Source: the human T2T-CHM13v2.0 reference genome, Homo sapiens. From it: a DNA stretch of 64,000 bases. The DNA is taken from NCBI RefSeq assembly GCF_009914755.1, contig NC_060928.1, one strand, 5' to 3'. The notes under the pieces were generated by a model. It did no database searches, was not told where the DNA came from, and saw nothing but the letters and a program-made list of their open reading frames with translations. The position numbers and the translations under genes were made by a program. Shown in pieces: positions 34,631 to 47,164 of the stretch (its first letter is position 1; each line of letters starts with the position of its first letter).

Positions 34631-36428
34631 ATGAGAAACTTGGACACAGGAAGGGGAACATCACACACTGTGGCCTTTCATGGGGTGTGGGGAGGGGGGA
34701 GGGATAGCATTAGGAGATATACCTAATGTAAATGACGAGTTAATGGGTGCAGCACACCAACATGGCACATGTATACATATGTAACAAACCTGCACGTTGT
34801 GCACATATACCCTGGAACTTAAAGTATAATAAAAAAAAATCTGTTGCTAAATCTTTTGTGAAAACTCTGTATTGTAGTTTGATAAATGAAAACAAAGTTG
34901 AATTTTATACATTTTTCCCTACCTTTTAAAAATTTTCTTTTTACTGCTTATTTTTATATCATAGTTGATTATGATTTATTGGTGCTATTTTGGAGTCTTG
35001 GAATCTCATGAAATTTTGTAGTGGCATTCTGGTCTTAATTCATTTTCCCAACTTGTACAAAAATTCCCAAAAAAGGAATACTAAGGCCAAAGCCAAATTT
35101 TCATGCTTCTCAAAATATGTGTTTATGTGAATATTCTCTCCATTAGGTTATGGGAATCATTGAAAACATGCATTTTATTTATCTCTCCATCTCAGTGTCA
35201 AAAATAGGGCATGACAGATACCTGGCACTTGATGAACACTTATTAACTGAAAGAATATATATTCAAAATGAGGCAGCATGTTACCTCATTTTAAAAGTAA
35301 TTTAAAAGTATTACATTTGTGTTCAGAAAGATATATTTTCATATATGATAGCATTGTAATATTGGACAATTTAATAAACATCTTTGAACTTAAATTTCCT
35401 TATTCACAGAATACTCCTTAAACTCCCTTTTTATGATACTTATGGGTGTATTTTAAATCCCAGCATAATACCTATTATCCAGTAGGTCCTCCATATGTAG
35501 ACTAATAGGGAGGAAGGAAAAAAGTTAAAAAGTACATTAATGTTTGCATTGATTAAATAACTATTTTTCTGTTCAATACATAAATAGACTTTAAAGATCT
35601 AATTTGCTAAACTGAATTTATTGAGCTGAAAAAATAGCATTCTACCATTAAAATTACAAACTTTTTTTTGTCAGTGGATGGTTCAAGGATAGATTTAAAA
35701 CATAAGATATTTTCAGAGAAGTCTCTTAAAGTATATTCATTTAACTCCTCAGTATCAAAATTTCATTTCAGCATCAAAATTTCATTTTTAGTATTAGATC
35801 TCATTTGTCTATGAATGAGCGTTTCTGCATATGGATCATGTTTCTACCAAATTATAAGTAAAGCCCATAAATCATTATGTTATGTCCTCACAGTCTCCCT
35901 TATTTCTAGTAATTAGTGGGACTATTTCTTGGCTTGCAGCAGCAAACTCAAAGGAATCTCTACACTTATGTTAGCTCTGCAGACTTTCAGATTTATATGA
36001 GAAATGACCTCAATTACTCACATTCTTCACCCTTTCCAATTCCTTTAAGTATTGCAAAAGTATATTAAGCAGAATGATGTTCCAAATATTAATATTTCCA
36101 TCAGTCATTTCAGTTTTCTCAGTCTTGATCACTGGTACTAATCACTCTTTGTATAAATAACGAATTACATTCAGGCACTACAATGTGCAAATTCTTTCGA
36201 ATTAATGAAAGTCTATTATACCCAGTCTCTAGTTTTTCTCTAGTATTCAATATTTTCTCTATTGATATTTTGGTCACTGATTTTTTCCACCAAACGTATA
36301 TGCTTCCAAGTAATTTTTTAGTGAAATTATGAGATTATAATATTTAGGAATTCATTAAAAATATTGATCACTTAAAATAAAGTTTTACTTTTCATTAAAG
36401 TAATACAGCACACATTTTTAAAAAATCA

Positions 36429-36758
<330 letters not shown>

Positions 36759-36885
36759 CTAAAGATCTTATAGTGAAAAACAATATTTCTAAATCCCATA
36801 GTACCCTAGCCCAACTCAATTCAACACCCATTTCCAATTCTTTTAGCTGTTTCTATTGCCTGATATTTAACTACATAATCTAAAC

Positions 36886-37226
36886 CAGGGGTCCACAACC
36901 CCTAGACCATGGACCAGTACCACTCTGTGGCCTGTTAGGAACCAGGCCACATGGCGGAGGTGAGTGGCCAGTGAGAATTTTCACCTCCTGTCAGATCAAT
37001 GGCAGCATAAGATTCTCATAGGAGCTCAAACCCTATTGGGAACTGTGCATGTAAGGGATCTAGGTTGTGCAATCCTTATGAGAATCTAACTAATGCCTGA
37101 TGATCTGAGGTAGAACAGTTTCATCCTGAAGCCATCTACCCCCACCACCACCCCCAACAACCCTGGCATGGAATAATTGTCTTCCATGAAACCATTCACT
37201 GGTGCCAAAAAGGTTGCAGACCACTG
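36886..37226 (+). mobile_element. MER1B (Charlie-family hAT) element
   Basis: caggggtccacaacc...ggttgcagaccactg TIRs; perfect 8-bp TSD ATCTAAAC at 36878-36885 and 37227-37234. Confidence 0.9.
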
Positions 37227-37346
37227 ATCTAAACAATATAGCGATGTAGGGATTGCTCAGTGTTAGAACTTCATTCACTTCCTTTATGAGGGATGGTCAT
37301 TTAGTTCTCTTGCAAACACTTTATCCTCAGCACTCTGTCTACACAT

Positions 37347-37348
<2 letters not shown>

Positions 37349-37390
<42 letters not shown>

Positions 37391-37438
37391 GCATAGATGT
37401 AGATATAGATATATAGATATACACACATATATACATAT
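37349..37438. repeat. (TA)n(CA)n compound microsatellite
   Basis: Read directly. Confidence 0.9.
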
Positions 37439-37703
37439 AAATGTCCATATAACTATGTGAAAATTGTTTTACATTATTAGTTAATATTTACATTCTTTAT
37501 GGAAATATTGCCTTTCTTGTGCACTTCTTCATATTTTGTTTTTATTTGCTGTGCATATATTAGCAATGTTTTCCCCAACTCTATTAAATGTATATGTTAT
37601 ATTCAAAATAACAACTTATTAGTGTCTCTTTTCTTGCTCTGGGTATCCCTCTTTCATCATATCTCATCCTTCTGCTCCTGTCTGGCTTCCTTGTCCTGTT
37701 GCA

Positions 37704-37705
<2 letters not shown>

Positions 37706-37768
<63 letters not shown>
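37706..37768. repeat. (TA)n(CA)n microsatellite abutting an Alu tail
   Basis: Read directly. Confidence 0.92.
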
Positions 37769-37769
<1 letters not shown>

Positions 37770-38061
37770 TTTCTTTTTTTTTGAGACAGTCTCACTCTGT
37801 TGCCCACGCTCGGGCACAGTGGTGTGATCTTGGCTCACTGCAACCTCCGACTCCCAGGTTCAAGAAATTCTCATGCCTCAGCCTCCCGAATAGCTGGGAT
37901 CATGGGTGTATGCCACCAAGCCTGGCTAAGTTTTTATTTTTAGCAGAGATGAGGTTTCACCATGTTGGCCAGGCTGGTCTTGAACTCCCGACCTCAGGCG
38001 ATTCACCCGCCTGGGCCTCCCAAAGTGCTGGGATTACAGGTGTGAGCCACCACTCCCAGCC
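37769..38061 (-). mobile_element. AluS SINE
   Basis: Reverse-strand Alu dimer. Confidence 0.94.
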
Positions 38062-38689
38062 AAGAAAAAAATTTAAATTACACATTTCTAAAATGGACAT
38101 TATTTGTTGATATTTTGATGAGGTAATATTTTTGCAGAATTATAAAAGTGTAGTTTGATGCACTTCTCATTTCCAATAATAGCAGTTAAGAATTTCCAAT
38201 ATCTAGTTTATGATTATTTGTACGAATCTATTCTTTTTTATTTTCCTGGAGACATTTAGTGTTCTCTTTATGACCTGCCTTCTTCAATTTGTAATGTCAT
38301 CACACATTTTCAAAATTTCACATTCTATAACTCCTAAAATTTGAATGTTTCACATCCTGAATTCGTTTCATTTTTATGTTTCTTGCATTTACTTCTGTTC
38401 TTCTCTGTCGCATTTTTTGTTTTTATTTTCTCAAAATTTCTTCAATTTTAATTCAAAGGGACTACTAAATGCATAATTTTCAAGACTAATTTTTTTTCAA
38501 ATTGCTTTTTCTCATTCTCTTTCTTCCTATTTTAATAGCCTGCTACTATTTATAGGTAAGATGCCTCATTTTCCATCTCTTCGTGAAGATTATGTTCCTG
38601 TAATAGTGAAGTTCTCTTCTGTTCTCTCTATTGTCTTGTTTTCCTTTTGGTTCCTTTAAATAAAAGAATGTTTAAATAAAGGTATGTTT

Positions 38690-39005
38690 TTTACTATCAA
38701 ACATTCATATCCAGAATACACAAGAACTTTTACAAGTCAGTAAGAAAAGAGAAATTCCAAATTAATAGTGGGTGAAATACTTCAACAAAAACTTCAGAAA
38801 AGAGTATGCCCGAATACCTAATAAGCATATAACAATGTGTTCAGTGTCATCAATCATCAGAGAAATGCAAAATAAAACTGCAAAGTGATACACCTACACA
38901 CACTCCCAGTGCCTAAAATTCTAAAATTCAAGATAGATAATGACAAATATTGACAAAAAGCACGGAGTAATTGAAAGTTGCGGTAGTAGAATATATCCCA
39001 TTTGA
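38690..39005 (+). mobile_element. Ancient L1 (L1ME-like) ORF2 3' fragment
   Basis: atatccagaatacacaagaact...tcatcagagaaatgcaaaataaaac. Confidence 0.7.
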
Positions 39006-39968
39006 GAAAGTCATGTCACAATTAAGTCCAGTGTATACTTTGTTTCTTTGTTTTACCTATGACCTCTTTTTGTCTACTTGTTTGCTGTTGCAGAGATGGT
39101 GGTAGTCAAAAACTCCTGCTGCTGCTGCTGCTGCTGTATATCTGTCATTTATGTGTTTTTAAGTATTTTTTACTTAATGTAACATGATAAGATAAAACAT
39201 GTCATGTTCTCATATGTCATTTATTACAATGAACACTGTAATATTTTAATATAGACAGTTCCATTTATTACTATAAAATAACATTCTTTGCATAGTGTAT
39301 TTCTTCTCAAATGCTTTATTTATCAGATATTAATCTCAACCCTGTTGCTTTGGACATAAATGTGCTTGCCTTCTAATCAACTTTATCCCTTTCAACTTTC
39401 TGTGTATATTTTTTAAAACTTGCCTCTCATATGCAGCCTATCAGTGTATCTTTAGTACAACCTGGATAACATTTCCCTTCAACTTCTTTACCTTTAATTT
39501 CAACACTCATTGTGAATGTAAAGCTCCATTTATTAGCCTACCTATAACCACATAACCAAACAAAACATTGCTCTGCAGCTACATCTCAGAAAGATCTCTA
39601 GGCTATAACTTCATACCCTAAATAGAGATCACAATATCTGTCTCATTTTAAAAATTTTTAAATACATTTTTGGCTTTGTACATGGAATTCTCTTTTTTTA
39701 TGCCAGCTATACAAGGTAGGCAATTGGAACTAAACTAATGCTCTGGCTTGGGATTCAGAAATGTTCATAATACTGCTTTCAGTTTTCTTCATCAGAGCTA
39801 TTCATAGGCCAGGGTTGTGATGCCAACATAACCAAACTGAAACAGTTAAATATGGCGCCTTAGCCCAGAACAACTCTACTATGATGTCGCTTGTCCAGTT
39901 AGGATGGCAAATCATAATTGCAATGTTTGAAATACCTTCTGAAATACTCTTTTATGTGTCTAAGAGTG

Positions 39969-40003
39969 GTGTGTGAGTGTGTGTGTGTGTGTGTGGGGGG
40001 GGG
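39969..40003. repeat. (TG)n followed by a G-run
   Basis: Read directly. Confidence 0.85.
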
Positions 40004-40039
40004 TCAGAGATCAAAAATGGTGAAAGTTTTTCAACCTAT

Positions 40040-40310
40040 TTTTTTATCTATCCCAATATCCTATTCATTACCAAGTTTGTTTATTCCTATTATAAAAATA
40101 TCAACATAAACATCTTTATATGCATACTTTGCACATTTGTGTGAGAATTACAATAGGACTAACTTCTAGGGATTTAATGGTAAGTTAAAATGTGTGCACA
40201 TTTTAAGGCTTTTGATTCATGTTTTCAGGTTGGCTTCTCAGGCAGTGCAGGAACATGCGATTTTCTCACCATATTTTTGCCAATTCTGGAAATCTCTGTT
40301 CTTTCTACCT
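40040..40310 (-). mobile_element. Ancient L1 3' fragment (L1ME-like)
   Basis: Decayed aacatctttatatgcatactttgcacatttgtgtgag... motif. Confidence 0.45.
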
Positions 40311-41297
40311 TTGTTACTGTATTATGTGAACCACATTTTTGGGAGTATCAAAATTTACTTTTAACTAATATTAATTTACTTAATATTTGCTCCAAATTTT
40401 TCAGGGATATAAAGATCAAGGAGAAAGATAAGGATAGACTCCAGAATTTGCAGTATAAATAGAAACAGATTTATCAAACATATGGTATCAAAATCAGAAC
40501 CATACAAATGCCCAGTCCATACTCATATATATTGGCTCAATTATCCTGAAATTGTGTCTGAGGTTCAGTAATGTTTTTTAAGCTCCCCAGATAATTCTAA
40601 TGTGACGTTTGACCTAAAAACCATTGACTAGTTTATATTCTATGTTCATTTCTCTCAATAAATGTGGTATCCCTGATAAGAAAATAGAATCTTCTAGAGG
40701 CAAAAAATCTGGAATTGAAAGAGGGCCTTAATATAGGATATTAAGTAAATAATTTAAGTCTTTTCTCAGTTTTTATGTATAGAATCAGAAACTTAATAAA
40801 TGCTCACCTCACAGTAATGTAGCAATATTTGAATAAGTATATATAATAAGATATATGATTTTTTCATTATAATAATAGCTACCTTTTGGTTATATTTTAA
40901 TCAATTAATGTGTTTTTACATTAACTCAATAAGTATTCACTGAGCATTTACTATAAGCCAGATGCTGCTAATAAATTAGAAAACAAAAATAAACTTAAAT
41001 TCGTTCCTAGAGCCTAGATTTTAGAGGGAGAACAAAAAACTATAAATAAGTAAATAGACTGATAGCTAGATAGATAGGTAATATAATAGTAAATAGCATT
41101 AAGTGTCATGTAGAAAATAAATCATAGAAATAAAATTAAGAAGTAAGAGGGCATGTAATTTTGATGTAGCTAATCAAATAACTCTGAGGGTGAAATATTT
41201 GTGTACAAGCCTGAAGGAAATAAGGAATAAGCCACTGGGATATCTGCATAGAATATTCCATTTCGAGTTTACAATTAAAAAGTCCTAAGGTGGATAT

Positions 41298-41302
41298 TGT
41301 GC

Positions 41303-41349
<47 letters not shown>

Positions 41350-41350
41350 T
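41298..41350. repeat. (TTG)n microsatellite
   Basis: Read directly; gives the poly-Cys ORF at 41297. Confidence 0.95.
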
Positions 41351-41369
41351 GGGGTTTCGGGGGGGGTTA

Positions 41370-41440
41370 TTTTAGACGGAGTCTTGCTCTGTCACCCAGG
41401 CTGGAGTGCAGTGGCGCGATCTGGCTCACTGCAAGCTCCG
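41370..41440 (-). mobile_element. Severely 5'-truncated AluY-like fragment (~70 bp)
   Basis: agacggagtcttgctc...cactgcaagctccg, flanked by related G/T-rich direct repeats. Confidence 0.85.
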
Positions 41441-41611
41441 GGTTTTGGGGGCTTTTTTAAAACACTCTTTGTTTATTGAGATTAGCTAGTAAACCAGGGA
41501 CCAAATAATGTAGTGTCTTATAATATAAATTTTCCATTTTATTCCAACAGTGAAAATAAATACTTTTACTTCTTTAAAAAAGGTAATGATGTAAACCAAC
41601 TTTTTTTCATA

Positions 41612-41906
41612 TCTGTCACCCAGGCTGGAGTTTAGTGGTGCAATCATATTAGGTTGGTGCAGAAATAATTGCAGCTTTTGCCATTGAAAGTAATAGCAAA
41701 CACGGCAATTACTTTTTCATCAACTTAGTAACTCACTGCAGCCTCAAACTCCTGTCCTCAGGCAATCTTCTCATCTTGGCCTCCCAAAAGCAATTACTTT
41801 TTCATCAACTTAGTAACTCACTGCAGCCTCAAACTCCTGGCCTCAGGCAATCTTCTCATCTTGGCCTCCCAAAGTGCTGGCATTACAAGCATGAGCCATA
41901 CCTGGC
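41612..41906 (-). mobile_element. Monomeric Alu (FLAM/AluJ-like) carrying a MADE1 insertion and a tandem duplication
   Basis: tctgtcacccaggctggag...caatcata|MADE1|actcactgcagcctcaaactcctg...gagccatacctggc. Confidence 0.85.
41649..41728. mobile_element. MADE1 (80-bp Hsmar1 mariner MITE)
   Basis: ttaggttggtgcagaaataattgc...gcaattactttttcatcaacttag; exactly 80 bp; TA duplication at 41647-48 and 41729-30. Confidence 0.9.
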
Positions 41907-42161
41907 ACTTTTTTAAAAGATCACCAGGGAGTGGTGTAGAAGGCAAGAGCGAAGGGGAAGTATGTAGTTATAAGGCACTTGCATTTGTTGTTAATTCCAC
42001 TAGAGCTATATTGGTGAAGGTGCTGAGAAATGAATATTATATATATCTATATATATATACTTTGAAAGTCAAATCAGTTTGATTTGCTGATGGCTAAGAT
42101 GTAGAGTTAAAAATAGTATGATAAATCCAAAATAACTCCAAGTTTTATTATATACTGAACA

Positions 42162-42228
42162 ATGAACTTCATTCATATATATTATCTCATATATTATATG
42201 AACTTCATTAATATATATTATCTCATAT
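42162..42228. repeat. 36-bp tandem duplication
   Basis: atgaacttcatt[c/a]atatatattatctcata at 42162 and 42198. Confidence 0.85.
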
Positions 42229-42271
42229 TATTTAATCTTTTAAAAGGCCCTCAGGCTCAGTGGCATTATGC

Positions 42272-42831
42272 TGAAGAGGATCAAAACATGCCACCTCAAA
42301 ATATGCTACTATTATGGCATATTGTTTATTTTGAGCTCAAGGCTATTGAGGAAAATGTAGGTACAGGAAGACTCTCTGATCTCCCCTTGCTACCTAAATG
42401 TGGGCATAAAATTTCCCATGAGAAACAAGCCCTCTCTGTACCAGGAAGCAGAGCATATTCTTATTCCCAGAGGTGAGAAGTCAATGCTGAGATAAATCAG
42501 TACAAACAAATCTACTAAATAACCTTTATCTTCCATCTCTCATATATTTCCTAGTCACTTTCCCACAAGTTGCTACCCTAGCCCAAAGCACCTTTTCCTT
42601 TGCCTTGACACATATCCACAATGTATGTTCTTTGTTACAATAGTATATAAGCTCTCAGGTCTATCACTTCACTTGGGTCTTTATCTCTTATATATGAAGG
42701 CCTTCAGGTACAGGTAAACCTATTAATATCAACATTTGTACACATTTATTCTGTTAATCTCTCATCAATTTAAGCCTCAGGTTCAGCCACATAAGCTGAA
42801 AGGGTAGAAGAGAAGTCTTTTCCCCACTACA
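42272..42831 (+). mobile_element. ERV1 solo LTR (MER34-family-like)
   Basis: tgaagaggatcaaaacatgccacctcaaaatatgc...gtatataagc (TATA)...ttccccactaca; near-TSD atgc/ctgc. Confidence 0.75.
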
Positions 42832-45194
42832 CTGCCCATTTTACTTAGAAAAGAGATTACAGAGAATTTTATTTTTTGTACAACATACAAAGCATAAATT
42901 GTTTTATTTTTTATTTTACTCCACATTTTTGTTATTGTGAGAAGTTATGAAATGTTCTTGTATTTTACAAGTTTTTTCACTTACTTTCTGATACAATTAA
43001 AATCCAAATTTATTTCGGCATGTGATGAGATAGCAGTAAGAGTGGAGAAATCCAAACAGAGGTGGGAGTAGAGAAAGAAATTTGCACTTAGAAAGCATAA
43101 GTTATGAGCAGAAAATGATGAACAGTTTCTTATTTCTGGGTTACAATGCGAGAAAGGAGGTAGTAAAAGCATGATAAAAGGTGGATAGATGAGCAGAAGC
43201 TTCTTGGAGCAATTCACCTACCATATTGAGTAGCATGGACTTTACCTTCAACCAGAAATTCTCTCCAAACCATAGTCTTTAATGGCAAAGTTTTAAGTCA
43301 AAGGCCTTAAAATTACTAACCTTTCAACAAACTACAGAAAATCACACTACAATGAACTAATTCTTTAGAAGTGAGTATACACTTTACACAAAATAATTAC
43401 TTTAAAACAAATTGATTAAAATAAATTCCTCTGGTAGCTTCGAATATAGCTAAAAAAAGTTGAAATAAAATAAAAATAAATCATAACTATTGCAACATTG
43501 TCATCCCCTGCCCAATTTAGTCTTTATTTTTTAAATTATTGGATTGGAATTGTAACTTACCAAATAAAAATTACCTCTAATTATTTTCTTAAGTATTTAA
43601 AAAGCCAATAATTAATTACTATGAATTAATACATAAATTAGAGCTTTAAAGACCTTAAAAGTCTAGCAGTTTTATATTTTTTATGTTTAATTAGAAATAA
43701 TTTTATTTTAATTTCTAGGAATCTGTCACTTTTTTGGATGTGGTTTAACCACCATGGTAACTGGCAACCAAGTCTGCTAATATAAATCAGAGAATTACAG
43801 CTAGTTGCCTGAAGAAAATATTTTTGACTGTCTTCTCTCTGTCTGCCTCTGTATCTCCATGACTTCAAATTATTCTGACAAGTAGCACATAATATCTTGA
43901 TGGTAGATACCTTTTCAATAAGAAAATCACAGTAAAGAACATGAAAATAGTTGACAACAATGACCAGATTTTCACACATTCCAGTCTATTTTCAGATTGT
44001 TGCTGAGCTTCAGCTGGTTTTCTAGAGTATAAAGAAATAATTTTCCATTTGCATGGTTCTAATACCTCCTCCCACTCTCTCTTTTACTGTTCAAAGGAAC
44101 TTAAGGTCTTACGTGTCATGGGTTGCGTTAATAGTAAACCTCAAAGTGGGCCGATGGGTGTTAAATTTTCTGAAATACTTTAGTATTTGGGAGTTTGGTT
44201 TGGTTTGGTTTGATGCACTATCATCTATACTTAGGAAACAGAAATTTTAAAGTAAATGACATTAACCACCATTTAAAAAGCTTGGCTTCAGGGATACTTC
44301 ATAACATGAAAGAGGGAAATCTCTGAGATAGAGAGTTAGAACAATGGCTCATTGTTCTGTTGTAAACAGCAAGGGTTCCCCCAGTCGACCACCTGTATCA
44401 CTATAATTTTAGAATAGTACTACTGATTTGCAGCCCTCTCCAATTCTAACAGAGTTTGAGTTTTGGTCTTGGTTCAAGTAAAAAGTCATTTCATATTATA
44501 GGTGTTGATCTCATTCTTGTCGTCATTTGGTAGTAATAAACATTGCAACAAGTTGTATTGTCTCTCCTTCCTCCATTAACACCTTACTTCACGAAAGTTT
44601 TATTAGCTTTTCTGGACACAGCTGGTAATGTAATATGAAATAGTAGAGTTTTACTGTTACAAGATGATCTTGAATTGACTGCATGGAATACTCTAACCCT
44701 TCTCTCAGGCATTCTGGAAATGAGTTTAAGTGAAGGAACTAGCAGACCCGTGAAGATAGCATGACCCCTCTCCAGAAATCAGATGATCAATGAGGCTGAA
44801 TAAGCCTATGAGAGAGAACATTATAACATGACACTAAAGAAATAAGCTGGAACCAGAGCTTGCAAGATCTAATCAAGCAGGTTTAAGATTCTGTTCTTAT
44901 TTACACAATACCAGGAAGCCACAAAAGGATTTTAACTGGAAGACGCATGGTCTTATTTTGGTTTTGGAAATATCATTTTGGCTGAAAAGGAATAAGACAA
45001 GAATATGTACACAGAGTCAAAACGAATAAATGGTAACATGAAGCCAGAATTGGGTCACTACAGGGACCATTCTAAAGTTGTTCCATACCGATCAAAATCT
45101 TCCTCTTCCTACAGAATGAAACGTGAAACTCAGTCAAAAGAGCACCCTTTGAACTTAAATCTTTCATCATATGTTAATTTACAAATATTCTTAG

Positions 45195-45375
45195 AGAGGA
45201 TGTGAGTTGTAGTTTAGTGGGTATATGGTTATAGTTCGGCAAAATAAGAAGAGTTCTGAGGATTGGTTGCACAACAATATGAATGTGTTATACATTATGA
45301 ATTCTACACTTTAAAAATGATTAAGATGGTAAGTTTTATGTCATGTATATTCCACCACAAATAAAAATTTTCAAA
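45195..45375 (+). mobile_element. L1MB-like 3' end
   Basis: ggttgcacaacaatatgaatgtg...ttaaaaatgattaagatggtaagttttatg...ccacaaataaaaa. Confidence 0.75.
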
Positions 45376-45960
45376 AATTACAAAAGTGTAGAGATATTTG
45401 TGAATCATTCAAATGTTTACAAAACACTTAATATGCATTTTAACAATTTGATCTATATCAAATGAGCAGTATGAGTCTCATTAATAATTTAAAATACTGG
45501 AACTCAGAGCAGTTAAATAAATTGTTTGACATTAAATAGATCTGTAAGTGGAGAAAGTAATTTAATTCATGACTTTTGACACATAATCCCATATTGTCTC
45601 TACTGCCCCCAAAAGGTTCTGAAAACATGTTTGATATTGAGAGAAAGTTGGGGTCTCTGGTTTTATCATTGAATAAAAAGTTAGAAAGAGTATGTCAGAA
45701 GTCAGACAAGAACAAATAATATTTTAAAACTCTGGGAGCCTTGCAGTCAAATTCAACTACCTCAGATTATATTTTCAACTGTGCTCCTCTCTGCCCTGTA
45801 TAATATCATCCCATTTGTGGGGGAAAAAATACTAGTATAGAATGAAAAGACATCACTCACCTTATCACAAGTATCACAAGTATTAGGAAAACCAGTGAAA
45901 GGAAAAGGAAACAGGCTCAGGAAAAGAAACCAGTCTCAGGGAAAGAAGAAAAAAAAATCG

Positions 45961-46378
45961 TGTGGGGCCAAATGAAGACCATCTAAATGAGAACTAGCAG
46001 ATGCAATTTATTCAGAGCTTGCTGTCCAAGGAAGTCAGACACCATCACTTACCTCTGGCAGAGACTCAAAGTCAGGGAAAGGAGTAGGAAAGCTTTATTG
46101 TGAACAGAAGGAAAAGACTTAAGCTGTGCTCTGGAAGTTGTTGTCAGAGTGGGATCCAGGCTACCTAGAAGCATGACATGTGATTGGTTTGTGGAACATA
46201 CAAGACTTTCTCTGGTCCTGAGTAACAAAAATTATGGCAGCTGATGGTCATTGACCAAGTCCTGCCTGTTCTGTGCTGAAGCTGCAGACTGTGGTTTGAC
46301 TTCTTGGGCTGGTTGCTATAGAGATTATATGTATGATTTCTATTTTCTTATATGATCCATTGTACATGCATTGTCTCA
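45961..46378 (-). mobile_element. ERV1 solo LTR (MER67-like)
   Basis: TG...CA bounded; tttattcagagcttgct, ggtcattgaccaagtcctg and gggctggttgct motifs; family uncertain. Confidence 0.6.
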
Positions 46379-47164
46379 AGCACATGGGAAAGATTCAGAG
46401 ATTTCAGATTAGAAATAAATGAGGGAAAATATGTAAAAAGTTCTCTGTGTGGCGGCAAAAGCTTCAATAAGAGTCAAAGTCCAAGGTAACCTAAAAAGCA
46501 AAGTATAATACCTGAAAAATATTGAACATTTTAAATAATTAAATGATACTTTAAGCCAATGTATACAGTCTTAGCCCAAGAAGAAAGAAAAAATAAAAAT
46601 AAATCAGCAACAAAGTATGTTTTTTTTTCTAATTTCTCAATATATTAACCAAAAATGAATTCTAGAGTATCTCCTAAACACCTGTCAAGTTCTCAGTTTC
46701 TAACAACTAGAAATCTCCTTTATTCATTTAAGGAAGAAATCTTTCAGGCATACACAATTTACAAAAGGAAATTATGAAAAAGCATAAGTTGTAATACATT
46801 CAGTGTTTTCAATATAGTTATTCTGATGAAATATGTAGTCATTTAGTTATCTCATATCTACCTAGCTACTTTTTTCTTCACTGTTAGAGAAGTCATACCA
46901 TATAAGACTAAAAGCAGTCTTTTTAAAACCATAAAATTATCATTAGAATATTATAGTAAAATCATTCCAACTTAAGAATTAGTCCAAGGGAAACAATTTT
47001 TCCTTGTTTCCTCCATTCTTCCTCTGTCCTTTATTTTCTCTTACTTTCTCTTCATTTACCTCTTTTCCTGCCTCATTTTCATTATCCCTCTTCAGTTTCC
47101 CTCTCCCCCTTACGTCTTTCTTTCCTTCTTTTATTCTATCATAAAAACATTTTATTTTATCCTT

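Larger units (their letters stand above)
40920..42146 (-). mobile_element. L2 remnant, interrupted by a microsatellite, Alus and MADE1
   Basis: tcaataagtattcactgagcatttactataagccagatgctg (reverse complement of the L2 3' end); further L2-like motifs at 41910-42146. Confidence 0.55.

Noticed and set aside
37499-38110. 203-aa ORF
   Set aside because: It is made of AT-rich flank, a (TA)n(CA)n repeat and an antisense Alu, a classic Alu-derived false ORF.
39116-39136. (CTG)7 tract as a disease-type repeat
   Set aside because: Too short and not in a recognisable exon.
41297-41479. Poly-cysteine ORF
   Set aside because: It is the translation of the (TTG)n repeat plus an Alu stub.
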